A DNA stretch of 64,000 nt from contig JARDVH010000001.1 in the NCBI GenBank assembly GCA_030324005.1, positions 102,774,539 to 102,838,538 on the forward strand. Direction: 5' to 3'. The notes below the pieces were generated by a model. The model worked only from the letters and a program-made list of their open reading frames with translations, did no database searches and had not been told where the DNA came from. The stretch comes from Negaprion brevirostris (Eukaryota). Made by a program: the position numbers and the translations under genes. This document shows positions 25,731 through 37,799 of the stretch, piece after piece; the stretch's first letter is position 1; each line of letters opens with the position of its first letter.

Positions 25731-26949
25731 GACAGTAAAGAAGAAAAGGCTAGAAGTCTGAACAACTTCAGAATATGTTTCTTGCTTTATGTATAACATT
25801 CTGTGGAAGTGCATGAGTAGGTGAATAACACTAGATTGGATTGACGGTACAGAATTATTCATTCATGTAGCACAGAAGGAAGCCTTACAGAACATTGTGC
25901 CTGTGCCACCTCTGTGAATGTGTTATTCAAGTAGTCTCACACTCCTCTTTCTCCATTGTATTTATCTCAGCCTAATAATTTATTTCATCTGTTTTTATTA
26001 AAGAGACAAATTTTATTGTGTTAATGGCATGGCTGATTGTAAATGCCAAGCTGTTCAAATCCCAGAAAGGAAACTTTAAACAGCTGCCCTCATATTTGTG
26101 GTTGCAATTTGTATAGTATGAGGAGAGATTGTGAAATCCAGAAATTATGTCCCCGACTATTTGTGACAATTTGACACCAAATTAAATGTTTCTTAAGAAA
26201 TAGGGAAAACAATAAAATGAAATTGAATTACACTTAAAATAAGGCAATGGTTTCATACAGTACCAATACTTTAAACAATTCCAAACAATCTTAACTATCT
26301 TCAGAGCTAAACTTTCCTATCTGTTCAGCAACACAGCATAGGTTTTGAGATCTAAAAAAATCCAACATCTTTTACCACATAGTGCCTTTACTTGTGTTGG
26401 GATTGCTTCTGAGCTTAACTCGCAGTTGGCAATCTGACTTTGTTCATAATGATTGCTGGGAGTTAACCAACTATTCCTGCCATTGACTGAGGTCTAAAAC
26501 AGCTACCTTCATAAGTTTCAGTATCTGCTTAAATACGTCTTTTCCATTTTACCTCTTCACTGTCTCATCCAATTTCATTAGAACTAATCTCCCTCAGAAT
26601 TGATTAATTTAATCTCCTTACTTTTAGTAAAGTAAGTAAACTCACTTTAGTCATATCTTATCTCTGACACCTTTCACACCTTTCATAGCTTATCCTTTAA
26701 ATTGCAAGAACCATTCAGATCTGTTCCTGTTCTATAGTCATCTCTACTAAATTGCTTTAGGCAAACATTTGTTTGAAATCTTGCTGGGCTCATTAACACA
26801 TCAAATTCATAGTTTAAACTCATGCAGCCACTCTTTCTTTCACCTTAATTACCAATCACACACTCCATCAATTTAAAAATATGCTTAGAATACTACAGAA
26901 ATTATTACAAGTTTTTGAATTTTGCTGACAGGATTTCCAGACAATTGCC

Positions 26950-27170
26950 CATCCACAGATGGTGGAAGTTCTTCTTGAATTGTTGTAATGTGTTGGTTGT
27001 GATAATTGACAGCTGAGGGCATTAGGGGCAAGCAGATGGTGTGGGCTAGAGTCAGACATCCAGTTAAAGCACTGAACCTCCCAATCCCCTGGTCTCTTTA
27101 AGAGCAGGCTTTAGCAGGTTTTTGGAGAATGCAAGAAATGGATTTGAGTCTGCCTGGTCCTGTCTGAGCA
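26950..27170. repeat. unclassified dispersed repeat, copy 1
   Basis: GGTTTTTGGAG..GCAA.AATGGATTTG.GT.TGCC.GGTCC..TCTGAGCAT shared with 44760-45050. Confidence 0.6.
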
Positions 27171-27171
27171 T

Positions 27172-27500
27172 TATCATAGAATGATAGAATCCTACAGTGC
27201 AGAAGGACGCCATTCGGCCCATCGAGTTTGCATGGACCACAATCCCACCCAAGCCCTATCCCCATAACCCCATGCATTTATCTTAGCTCGTCCCCCTGAC
27301 ACTAAAGGACAAATTAACATGGCCAGTCCACCTAACCCACACATCTTTGGACTGTGGGAGAAAACCGGAGCAACTGGAGGAAACCCACGTGGAGTCGGGG
27401 TCAATGTGCAAACTCCACACAAAGTAACACAAGCCAGGAATCAAACCCGGGTCCCTGGTACTGTGAGACTGCAGTGCTAACCACTGTGCCACCATGCCTC
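27172..27500 (-). mobile_element. HE1 SINE (tail A)
   Basis: Complete head, V-domain and (TTCTATGA)n tail. Confidence 0.93.
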
Positions 27501-28624
27501 CCACTGACTTTGTAAAGAACGGAGTAAGAAATTTTAAAAATCCGAATAAAGTCTCTGAAACTTGCTCCAGCACCCTCATGGCTCTGGAGCTATTCTGAGC
27601 TAGAATCCCTTTTTGATTAGCTCTTCCAATTTAGTCTGTAATTGAACGTAGTCCCACAATTAAATTAAAGCCTAAACCAGATCTTACAAGTAGTGTCGCA
27701 AAGCTGTATGTAAACTGAGGATGTTGGAACAAGTTTCATAAATGTAGGAGCTTTCTTCGGCTGCTAGTTTTTGTGGGGTAACCCCTTTTGAGGGATAGCA
27801 GATTATAATGAGCCACTGGCTCATTATAAATATGTGATGAAGGAATGGTTAAAGGAGGGAACAATTTGAGAAAAAGTTAAATACTAAATGTAATATGGAT
27901 AGTACGCAGTCCCTGTTAGAAGAGGGCGTACAGAAGTGCATTCAAAGAAATAGTGGAGCTCATCCAGGTGCAGATCTTCATTGGAAGAGTAAATGTCAGG
28001 GCTTGAACTCCCATCACATATGGAGCATCAGACTGTGTGCAGCACGAAGACGAAGTGACACAGCCACTGGAGAAACAGATGGTATCTCTGTTACAGATCC
28101 AGCAGCAGCACACACACACAGCTGGAAATATTATACCATCAGCTAGTGTCCTCCCCTGTCACTTCACAGCTCAGCAGCCGTCAGAGCTTGTAGAGAGGCA
28201 CACTGTCACTCTCACAGCAGAAAATGCCCAGTTGACCCAGAGCTGAGGGACTTGTTATGGCTCAGGAGCGACCCCGAGAGGCAGACAGACCATCCACAGT
28301 GCAAGCCTACCTCAAGTAGTTGTGGGACCAGATGGGAAAACAGCAGGAGTCTTTAGCAGCCATCACAAAAGCAGAGCACCCAAAGAGAGGGTGGGAATCC
28401 TTGAGGGAGGACAGTGATAGGAAAGGAGAGCCTTTGCTAAGTTAACCACAACAGGGAGAAGACAGGGTAGACCCGAGAGAGGTGTTGGTGGAGGGGTTGG
28501 GGGGGGTGGGGGTGCGCAGGGGGGTTGTTGGGTTGGGTTGTGGGGGCAGGGGGGTAGCAAAGATAGGGTTGGAGGAACCAGAACTGCCCATTTCTCCTGG
28601 GAAGCAAGTTCACCTCCTCCATGC

Positions 28625-28842
28625 CTCTCAGCTACGTAGATTTAAAAGCATGAACTGATCAGGATGATGTTATCTTTTCAGCGGTTAAGACTTCAGCAAC
28701 TAGACTCATACCTGACCAACAAAAAGTAACCACTTTACAGACACTTTCCCTGCTTACATCTCAAACAGCATTACAACCCTTTTTAGGCTGGGTGGAGTTC
28801 CAGAGAAATTTTATCCCAAGTTTCATAGAGATGGCTAAACCT
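28625..28842 (+). mobile_element. LTR-retroelement reverse transcriptase C-terminal relic
   Basis: DVIFSAVKTSATRLIPDQQKVTTLQTLSLLTSQTALQPF / LGWVEFQRNFIPSFIEMAKP (RT thumb motif FLG..xRxFIPxF..AKP); SYVD just upstream. Confidence 0.75.
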
Positions 28843-29250
28843 GCAATGGCCTAATGATATTATTGCTAGACTATTAATCCAGGAACTCAGCTAATGATCT
28901 AGGGACTTGAGTTCAAATCCCATCACGGCAGCTGGTAGAATTTGAATTCAATTTTAAAAACCTGGTATTAAGATTCTACAGATGACCATGAAACCATTGC
29001 CAATAAAAATCCATCTGGTTCATTAATGTCCTCGAGGGAAGGAAATCCGCTGTCCTTACCTGGTCTGGCCTGCATGTGACTCCAGAGCCACAGCAACATG
29101 GTTGACTCTCAACTGCCCCCTGAAATGGGTTGGCAAGCCACACAGTTGTATCATTCGCTAAAGAAAGCAGCTCACCACCACTTTCTCAAGAACAAATAGG
29201 GATGGTCAATAAATGCTGGCCAGCCAGCGATGGCCATGTCCCACAAATGA
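28843..29250 (+). mobile_element. tRNA-derived SINE with CR1-Zenon-like tail, inserted into the pol relic
   Basis: Head TGGCCTAATG..GAGTTCAAATCC; tail AGAAAGCAGCTCACCACCACTTTCT..GGATGGTCAATAAATGCTGGCC nearly identical to the LINE end at 57615-57680. Confidence 0.85.
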
Positions 29251-30000
29251 GGACAGAATGTCCAACCCCGACTGGGAACAGAGACAAATTGTACAGAATT
29301 TGAAAAGAGTGAAAATCACGCTGCAGCACTGATGTCATCTGACCCAGAACAAGCGTTCCACCTTGAGGTAGACTCCACTGTGTTCAGTCTCCCAGCTATC
29401 TTAAGCCAGCAAATGGGAGAGTCCCTCAGACCAATTGCATAAGCCTCCTGACTCCTTCAGGGGACAGAGAATACTTATTCAGCCTGCCAACAGCATCTCC
29501 TAGCTACCTTTAGGGCAACTAATCATCTTATTTACATGACTGGGTCACAGAAGGTTATCCTGCAGTCCACGCACACTCCACTGAACCTCCTGACAAACAC
29601 AGGAGATACAAAAGTGTCCTCTCAACAAATTAGTAAATTACGTTTGAGCTGTTCCAATGTGATTTAGATATTATCTACAAACAAATGACATTTCTAGCTC
29701 TGATACCAACTGAAGATGGCAGTCTTCATCAGCATCCAGGAGGCTTTGTGGCACAGCCCCTACTGCTGTTCCAGAAGCTCTGGGTTTGAGTCCAATGTCA
29801 GAACTTGTTGGCTACAGGAAGAGTGTTCATATCGCCATTCATGTTTCCCCACGCACTCCCCAACAGGGATCATATGCATCGGGGCACTGACACCCTCATT
29901 TCAGACAGTTTACCAAGTACAGCCACAATTGGGATATCTAATTCCAGATTTTTGCATTATACTGGGCAGCTGCGCTCACCTGAAGTTGCTACATGATTTT
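29251..30000 (+). mobile_element. pol relic continued: degenerate RNase-H/tether domain and possible integrase N-terminal remnant
   Basis: One frame from 29311: ENHAAALMSSDPEQAFHLEVDSTVFSLPAILSQQMGESLRPIA*AS*LLQGTENTYSACQQHLLATFRATNHLIYMTGSQKVILQSTHTPLNLL..VSSQQISK; weak H..P..H.G motif near 29850-29890. Confidence 0.75.
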
Positions 30001-30944
30001 CATATAACAATAAGCACTGATAGGTTTACCATTATTGCTACAGTAAATTCTGGCTCATTATGTTTCAGTCTAAGTGATGGTAGCATAAAGAATGGTTTAA
30101 ATGCAGCAAACTGGTGACCTCGATTGTCTTTAATGGAGCCGGGTTATGTTAATTATCTCCTAGTCATTTCTGTTGAGGGATAATGAGAGGAGTGCAAGAA
30201 TCCCAGGAAATCATGGCATAATGTAAGGGATGGCAGAAGTCACTAACTTAATAATTTCCTGGAACCGCTACATTAAAATGATGGCATGAACCATAGCCAT
30301 TGCTATGATGCAGGCTTCAGCTAATTTTAGGCAATTATAGTGATTCCCTTTACAGATCACAGCATGAACGTACGTCAATGAAAAGGGAAGTAACCTTGAA
30401 TAAACAACACAAATCACGAGTGTTTTAAAGCAATATTTTTGTTTAAAAAAAATTAAAGCTAGCTGTCACTTCTTTTAGAATTTGTAATTATTAATCAACC
30501 ATATTTCAAGCCTATTAGAATTTTTGTCATGTAAAATATACATTTTACAGTCCTGGCAGCTGGGAATTAGCACTTTGTGTGAGCTTAACAAAAGGGGCCA
30601 TACGGTAGGTACTTAAGGACACGTACATCTGGGTTAGTTTACAGTCCTCTCGGTAAACATTAGGAAAAGGAAATCTATAAATCTACTAATCACATTTTAA
30701 TGACCAGTGAACTGCTGGGCTCAAAAAAGACACAACACTGCACCAAAGCAATACACAGAGGAGAAGGTAAGTGCTTTAATTTATGAAATGTTTGTTCCAA
30801 TAGAAAAAGACAGCATGCTCTTATAGGTGGTGAGGATGTGAGTGAATTGTGGAGATCTCTTTGACAGGTAAACTTCATGGAGTGCTATTTAGATGTCTCA
30901 CATATTTGTGAGTTCTTTTTTATTAATTTGTACATTATTTGATA

Positions 30945-31420
30945 TAGAATCATAAGATGATTACATCATGGAAGGAGGCCCAGTATGTCCATGCCAGCTC
31001 TCTGGAAGAGTAACTTTGCCGTTTCTATTCCTCCCCCCTTTTCCTGTACTCTGACATTGTCTTCAGGTATTCACCCAATTCCTATTCGAAAGCCATGATT
31101 GAATCCGCATCCACCACACTCTCAGACACTTCATTCTAGATCCTGACCACTCAATCCATAACATGTTCTTCATATCACCTTTGCTTCTTTTGCCAATTAT
31201 CTTAAATTAATGTCATCACTACTGTCGATTGGAACAGTTTCTCTTCATCTACCCTGACCAGGTCCGTCATGATTTTGAACACCTTCATCAAATATCCTCT
31301 TAGCCTAAGGAAAACAGCCCTAGCTTCTCCCATGTATATGGTCCAACATTCATGAAACCATTATCTTAAAACTTAACAGAAGGGGCCATACTCCTTCTAA
31401 AGTCTTCACATCCATCCTAA
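30945..31420 (-). mobile_element. CR1 LINE 3' fragment (degenerate)
   Basis: ATAGAATCATAAGA tail and CR1 3' sequence on the minus strand. Confidence 0.75.
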
Positions 31421-32214
31421 AGCCCACCTCGAGACATGCCTGCCTCTCTGGTCACATCATGGGGTCAGTGGACCTGAACTGATTTCACTGGAGCAAGATG
31501 GTGCAAGTCTGTTTTGTGGTTCATGAAGTTTTATCAATATAAAAATAATTAATGGTGCATTTAAGGTATTTCACATAGCTTCACACCAGCAGTCCTGCCT
31601 TTGTTATGTTATGTTCAATGTAACTCATGCTGTAGACCTTAATAGACATAATTCTGATGAAAGTCCTGATCCCCTACCTCAATATAAGATGCTTTGGAGA
31701 AATTATACTGAAACATTTAATAGTTTCATTCGTTACAATCATCAGTTTCTTACAAAATTGAATAACATTTTGTTTGAAGAAACCCTTAAAACGTGTCTCC
31801 TAGTGCCTATGCAGCTAGGAAAATGAACAGGATTTGAAGAGTCTTCCTGACCTGTGCAATCTCATGATTTTGGTTCCAATGGTGCTCTGATCTGAGCTAA
31901 TTTGCCTAACAGTGCGGACCTGATTCAATTTACAGATGACAAGGCAGTAACAGAGGATGATGGCCATATGTGGGTGATATGGTTATGAGTGAGTTTTTTA
32001 AGAGGGGTGTAATTGACACAGGGGTGATATAGGATGTGGATGGGGTGAGGGCTAGGGGATCTGGTGGCGTTTAAAACAATTGGGACAAAGCCCCAGAGAA
32101 CCAGCACGGCCTCTAGTCAGCCCACCTCAGCACACAGCTATCTTGTGGCTGCCGACACCTCTTTTCCAACATCGGCACACCTGAGTCCATCCCACACCCA
32201 GTGTTTTGTGCCTC

Positions 32215-32810
32215 CTAGGGAGGTTAGATTAGAGCTGTACAAAACTTTGGTGAGGCTGCAGCTAGAGTACTGTGAGCTGGTCTGGTTACCTCACTATAGG
32301 TAGGATGTGATTGCATTAGAGGGAATGCAGAGGGGATTCACCATGGATGTTGCCTGGGATGGAACAATTGAGTTGTGAAGAGAGACTGGATAGGCCTGGG
32401 TTGTTTTCTTTAGAACAGAAAAGGCTGAGCGGGACCTGATTGTGGTGAGGAACATCATGAGGGGTATGAACAGGGTGGATAGGAAGCAGCTGTGCCCCTT
32501 GGTTCAAGGGTCACTAACTATGGGGTTTAGTTTTAAGGTGAAAGGCAGGAGGTTTAGAGGGGATTTGAGGAAAGGATTCTTCATCCAGAGGGTGGTGAAA
32601 GTCTGGAATGCACTGCCTGGGATGGTAGTAAAGGGGGGACAATTCACAACCTTTAAAAAGTACATGAACGAGCACTGGAAATATCATAACATTCAAGTCT
32701 ATGGGCCAAGTGCTGGAAAGTGAGATTAGCGTAGATTCAATGTCATTTTGTTGGTGTAGACTTGATGGGTCGAAGGGCCTCACCCATACTGTGTGACGCA
32801 ATAACTCTAT
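32215..32810 (+). mobile_element. CR1/HER1 LINE 3' fragment
   Basis: LELYKTLVRLQLEYCELVWLPHYR; RFRGDLRKGFFIQRVVKVWNALP; tail GGGTCGAAGGGCCT. Confidence 0.92.
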
Positions 32811-34164
32811 TAGAGGTGGAAATTCGGTGTTTCCCGTTTACAAAGGCAGAGATGCAGCAGCAACACTCACAACTAAACCAGGTTGCTGTTGGCTAACCCG
32901 GGATTTGACCTCAGGGCCCCATGCATATAATCTGGGTCGGCTGCCTGTGGGCATCGATAGGCACATTATCCTGTTGCAAGAATGAATTTCAGGCCGTTCT
33001 CTTCCCATGCAACAGCTTCAGTTATACGTCTGGGGAGAGGAAAGGTGAGACTGCAGCCATTAGTGGCACTCAGGAGTTTAAACACAGTGTTTTCAGTTAT
33101 CGGCCGCTGCTGAACACATTCCAATTCCAATTTCCAGGGCTTAGGGGTGGGGTGGGGGAGGTGGTATTGCTGAGATAGGGAATCAACTCTTCATTCCACC
33201 TTTGAGAAATGCGTCACTTGTTTCAGACAGAAATGCTGGAAATATGTCCTGACCCATTTTTGAATGAGATTTTTTTCCAAACTACTTCTGTTGACCCTTG
33301 TGATTTTAGTCTCAGAAATTGGTCCTTAGTGTATTTGTATTATGCAGGCAAGAATGGAAACAATAAGATCTAATTTTCATCCTTTAGTGTCAAAATTCAG
33401 CCAGCCCATTTACACCCCCAATTTTATTGGTTAGGAGTTGAAGGGAACAGTTGAGCAGTTAACTCAAATAAAATGACAACTTAATAAATCAATGGGAGTT
33501 ACACATCATGTTGTAAAGAATATTTGACTTTGAAATTCCCCATCTATCTTCAGTTTAAATGCAAGCCCTTAGTACTGAAAATAGATGTGTTACAAGTAAT
33601 TCTGAAGGCAAATGAGATTGATTTACAACAGTAAACGAAACTATTGTAATAATATCCCAAATACGTTCCTGCATATTGAGCCGCAGCTGAGAAGATTAGA
33701 AAAATGCTCCATACAATTTGTATTTATGTAGTGTCGTTAATNNNNNNNNNNTAAATATTTGACACTGAGTCACATAAGGAGATATCAGGACAGGTGACCA
33801 AAGGCCTATTTAAAGAGTTGGTCAAAAGATTTCTGCATGTGGAAAATGATAGTAATGAAACTTTTTGGTTAAGTCTTCCCTTTCGTGTCTGAACCGTGCA
33901 TGTAATTTAATTCATGCTGTTGCTACCACAAAACTCAGCTGCAGAGCAACTGATGCTCAATGCCATTTTGGGTTGATCGTTAACAGGGACATTGGGAGTA
34001 TGCAGTGGAAGATCATGATTGAGTCGGTGTCTAACTCTGATTAAGGTTGCCAGATTTGACCTGAATGTTCGAGCTAACATTCTCCTTTAATCTCACACAT
34101 TGAACAAAGAAGGTAGGATCCCCCCACAATCTCACATTTGCATTTTCAAGGGAATCATCAACTA

Positions 34165-34470
34165 CAAGCAGGCTATTGCTGAAAATAGAGATACACTATT
34201 GAAGCTTTGAATCTTGTCTTCATCAAGACTGCTGCGCAAGATAAACCAACTGTAAAAGGAACAACAATTCATACTGTATGAGAAGCAAATGCTGACTGGT
34301 TGGTAAGTGGACTCTGATTGCTCAAGCTGTTGTCATGGAGAATGCAGCTGAACATATCTAACTATTAACCTGATATTGTTCCAATTTCAAACCAGGAAGG
34401 TCAATGCTGACTGGTCAAGGCATTGCCGTGGAGAATGAACCACGGAATGACTGTCTCTCAAGTTTTTATT
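34165..34470. repeat. dispersed repeat fragment, possibly Penelope-related
   Basis: GAAGCTTT..TCTTG..TCATCA.GAC motif and internally repeated CTGA(C/T)TGGT..CATGGAGAATG units; classification tentative. Confidence 0.35.
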
Positions 34471-34679
34471 TGCCTAAATTTGGTGATGTCATTAGAAAGT
34501 GATGTTATAAGGGATAAAGACCTTGGTTCTGCCAAGGATACTGCTCAGGCCACTTGCTCCCAGTCAAAGGTCTTGAGGTTTTAATCCTTCATGGCCTGCA
34601 GCATGAAAGGGAGAATAATCAGAGGCTGCACAGAGGGTGACTAGCTGCTCGAAGAGGGAGGAGGCAGGGAAGGGCCACC

Positions 34680-35020
34680 AGTGGAAGGATATATTCACCC
34701 AGGGTGTTTAGAAAGCAATTCTCTTATCTCAGTGACAGTGGAGAAAAATATGTGCAATGCCTCAACTTTCATAAGAAGGTGCTCACTGAAATGTATTAAC
34801 TGTGGTTGGCAAAACTACAGCCTTAACAAGATGAGGATGGCATTGTCAGTGGCTGTGATGGTGACAATGGTCAAGAAATATTTGTTCTGGACCATTGCAG
34901 GCTGGAGCAGAAGATAATCTTCAACTTCACCATCCAGAACCGTGTGAGACAGATCACTGAGGCTCCATTTACCAAGAGAGCTGAAGACATTTCATTCCCT
35001 TGCCATTCCAGAGAGAAGTA
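34680..35020 (+). mobile_element. Harbinger transposase N-terminal relic
   Basis: Frameshifted EKYVQCLNFHKKVLTEM..LQP..RMALSVAVMVT..SGPLQAGAED..FTIQNRVRQITEA..ISFP; homologous to 16895-17200. Confidence 0.7.
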
Positions 35021-35519
35021 GTTGAAGTAATCACATGGCTGTCTCCACCTCGGCCTGAGTGACAGAACTTTGGGCTGGCCAGCAGGTAATTGCAGTGGTA
35101 TGGGCAGAGTGATGGGAGGGCAGACACTGTCATCCTGAAAGAGGGCACTGGGTTTGTGCTGCCATGTGCCCCGGCCTCCGAACAATGAGTTAGAGGCACA
35201 GTGGTATCTACAGCTCTGATGGCATTGAGTTCAGTTTGCAAGATTTCGGACTGATCTTCCACTGCCGCGCTCAGACATTGGGTGGCTTCTGTTTGTACTG
35301 CAGTAGAAGCTAGAACATCAACCATAGATGTTACAATAATGTTGGATTTTCCAGGTTGGTTATGGAGCAGGCCACTATCGGCCTGCTGGGTTTGGGTTCC
35401 AACCTCTGTTCAAAGCCTTATGTGAAGTTAGTGCTGAAAAGGAAAGGTGGAAAAGGAGTGAAGAGCAGTGTATGAGGCTAATTGTTCAGTTATAAGGATA
35501 GTGAATTTGAAGGTGCATT

Positions 35520-35730
35520 CACTGACATTCACTGGTCATGTGTGCGCGATCATTGAACTTTCTCCTGCACTGCATTCAATTAGTTGGGGCTACAACTGTT
35601 GGCATTGACCACAACACTTATCTGCTTTAACTGCCTTCAGTGTTTGACTGGAGGTCCTCTCAGTGGATAAAGGATCCCTCACCTCCTGTCCAAGATCTCC
35701 AGTGCTGCATTCGAGAACTTAGCAGGTCCC
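35520..35730 (-). mobile_element. Harbinger Myb/SANT-like ORF2 relic
   Basis: PAKFSNAALEILDRR*GILYP..QISVVVNANS..MQCRRKFNDRAH; convergent with the transposase relic. Confidence 0.7.
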
Positions 35731-36151
35731 CTCTATTCTGTTGCATTATTATTGGTGCTCTACCTGCTTCCCCAGAAACATCCAGAACCTGCTGGGGCCA
35801 AATGCACTTTCCCTTGAAGAGGCAGTGTTAGCTTCATATGAGCTTAGGCCCCCTGCTGAGACAAACAGCATCCCAGTATCGTGGTTAGCACTGGCTGCAT
35901 GCTAGAGACATGCTAAGCACCAGTCAGCATGAGGTTTGCCTACTGCCTATTTCAGAAGAAAGCTGTAATCCCTGTGTCCATTGTCAAGAACTATGCAAAA
36001 GCGCTGGATGTTACGGGGAAGCATGCCCGAGCAGGTAGAACTCCAATAATAATGCAACAAAATAGTGGGGACCTGATAAGTTCTCAAATGCAGCACTGGA
36101 GATCTTGGACAAAGAGGTAAGGGATCCTCTATCCACTGGGAGGACCTCCAG
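35648..36151. repeat. inverted duplication (arms ~35648-35785 and ~36004-36151)
   Basis: e.g. TGTCCAAGATCTCCAGTGCTGCATT vs AATGCAGCACTGGAGATCTTGGACA; about 220-bp spacer. Confidence 0.9.
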
Positions 36152-36183
36152 TTCAACCATGATGGGGTAGTGTCAGTGACATA

Positions 36184-36750
36184 TGTAATGAATAGTTGAG
36201 GAGCAGTTAACTGGCTCCCCTTTATTTCAGCCACCTCAATTGGTCACAATAAAAGTTTTCAAAAGTAATTTTCCCATGACTGCCTTTTCCAGTAAGTAGG
36301 TATTTATTTGGTAATGAGGAGCCAATCAAACCAGATTTTCTTGAGTCAAAGGCTGGTTTTATTAGTCACTAAACCCAAGAAGAAATAAAAAAAGATGCAA
36401 CAACATACGCACACTGATATCAAAGGATAGAAATTTGAAGACCAAATGAAAGTTAAAAGCGTATATGATTAAGTCCTTAAGCTTGCCCGTGAGGCATAGT
36501 ATTGCTGCTGTTTGAGGCGAGATGGTTTCCTTTAAAATCCTGGAGTCGAATCGGTACTGCACCTTGTTGAAGATGTTCTTTGCTTCAGAGGTGGGGCAGG
36601 AGTTCCTCACTGCTTTTTTCAGCAGTTCTTTTCCATATGGCTTTGATTATTTCTCTGTTTTGCAAAACCAATTCTTAAACTTCCTGTTTGTATATTCCCA
36701 GAGAGATATTGAATAAAAAAAAACCTCACAGTCACTGTTCTAAACCAAGT
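36184..36750 (-). mobile_element. solo-LTR-like element, same family as 24850-25730
   Basis: Minus: CTAATAAAA..GACTCAAGAAAATCTGGTTTGATTGGCTCCTCATT..TTGTGACC..ATTACA; the 5' boundary is uncertain. Confidence 0.55.
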
Positions 36751-37143
36751 GATAACAGTTTTTGGATCTTTCATCTCAGAAACCTTTTGACGCAGTTTGA
36801 GATAATAGAAACTAACAGGGTGGTTTTCAATAGATCTCACCCCATCATCATTTCCTGTCATCATGACATTAAAGTAATGCATTGGCAAACTGCCAATCAT
36901 GTATCTCCCAACCAAAAAGTCATGATTGATTTAAATATCGAGTGTGAAGAACAATGAGGAGGATTCTAATCTGCCTGTCAGATTTTCATGCTGACAAATG
37001 AGATTGGTGAATCTTTTTTTAAAGAATGACAGCTCTCCATCTTCCCAAGCTAGACTTTTCTAGCAGGCCTCACCTTGGACAATGAGCAGCCCACCGCAAA
37101 GAGACTTAAAATAATTATTTTGAGATCCTATACCATTTCTATA

Positions 37144-37452
37144 GGGGTGGCATGATGGCACAATGGTTAGCACTGCTACTTCACACTGCCAGGGACCTGA
37201 GTTCAATCCTGACCTCAGATGATTGTCTTTGTGGAGTTTGCACGTTCTCCCCATTCTGTATGGGTTTTCTCCAGTTTCGTCCCACAGTCCAAAGATGTGC
37301 AGGTTAGTTTGATTGGCTATGATAAATTTACCCTAGTGTCAGGGGGATTAACACGATAAATATATTGGGTCATGGGGATATGGGTGTGATTGGTGTCAGT
37401 GAAGGCTCGACAGGCTGAATGGCCTTCTCTTGCACTGTAGGGATTCTACGAT
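37144..37452 (+). mobile_element. HE1 SINE (tail A)
   Basis: Head, V-domain, tail GCACTGTAGGGATTCTACGA. Confidence 0.92.
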
Positions 37453-37706
37453 TATCAGGCCCAACACTATTTTCAAATTCCAGTGGATGGAATAGGCGGA
37501 ATACAGAGGGTAGAAAAGTTTAAAGGAACTGCTACGCATCTTCATTCTGAAAATGGCAACTTAAAAAAATGTAGCCAGCAGGAACATATCATGAAAATCT
37601 TCCCACCGACACTCAAGTCTGCAATTGCTTCCTCCCCTTTAAGGGAATTTGGTGTCAGAAAAGATCTGCTAGATATCCTGTTGCTGAAATAGTAGTAGTT
37701 AGTAGT

Positions 37707-37788
37707 GTAGTCATGGTCACATGGTTAAGGTGATGGACTAGAAATCCATTTTTGTCTCCCCGCGCAGGTTTGAATCCTGTCGATTATA
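37707..37788 (+). pseudogene. tRNA-Ser(AGA) pseudogene
   Basis: 82-nt GTAGTCATGGTCACATGGTTAAGGTGATGGACTAGAAATCCATTTTTGTCTCCCCGCGCAGGTTTGAATCCTGTCGATTATA is colinear with vertebrate tRNA-Ser(AGA); anticodon arm ATGGA-CTAGAAA-TCCAT intact; D-arm, variable arm and T-loop (TTCG to TTTG) mutated. Confidence 0.9.
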
Positions 37789-37799
37789 CTTTATGGGAT

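Noticed and set aside
28481-28560. G-rich tract with G-quadruplex potential
   Set aside because: Low-complexity sequence between repeat relics with no evidence of function.
37707-37788. Functional tRNA-Ser gene
   Set aside because: Mutated A-box, T-loop and variable arm, and no T-run terminator of four or more directly downstream.
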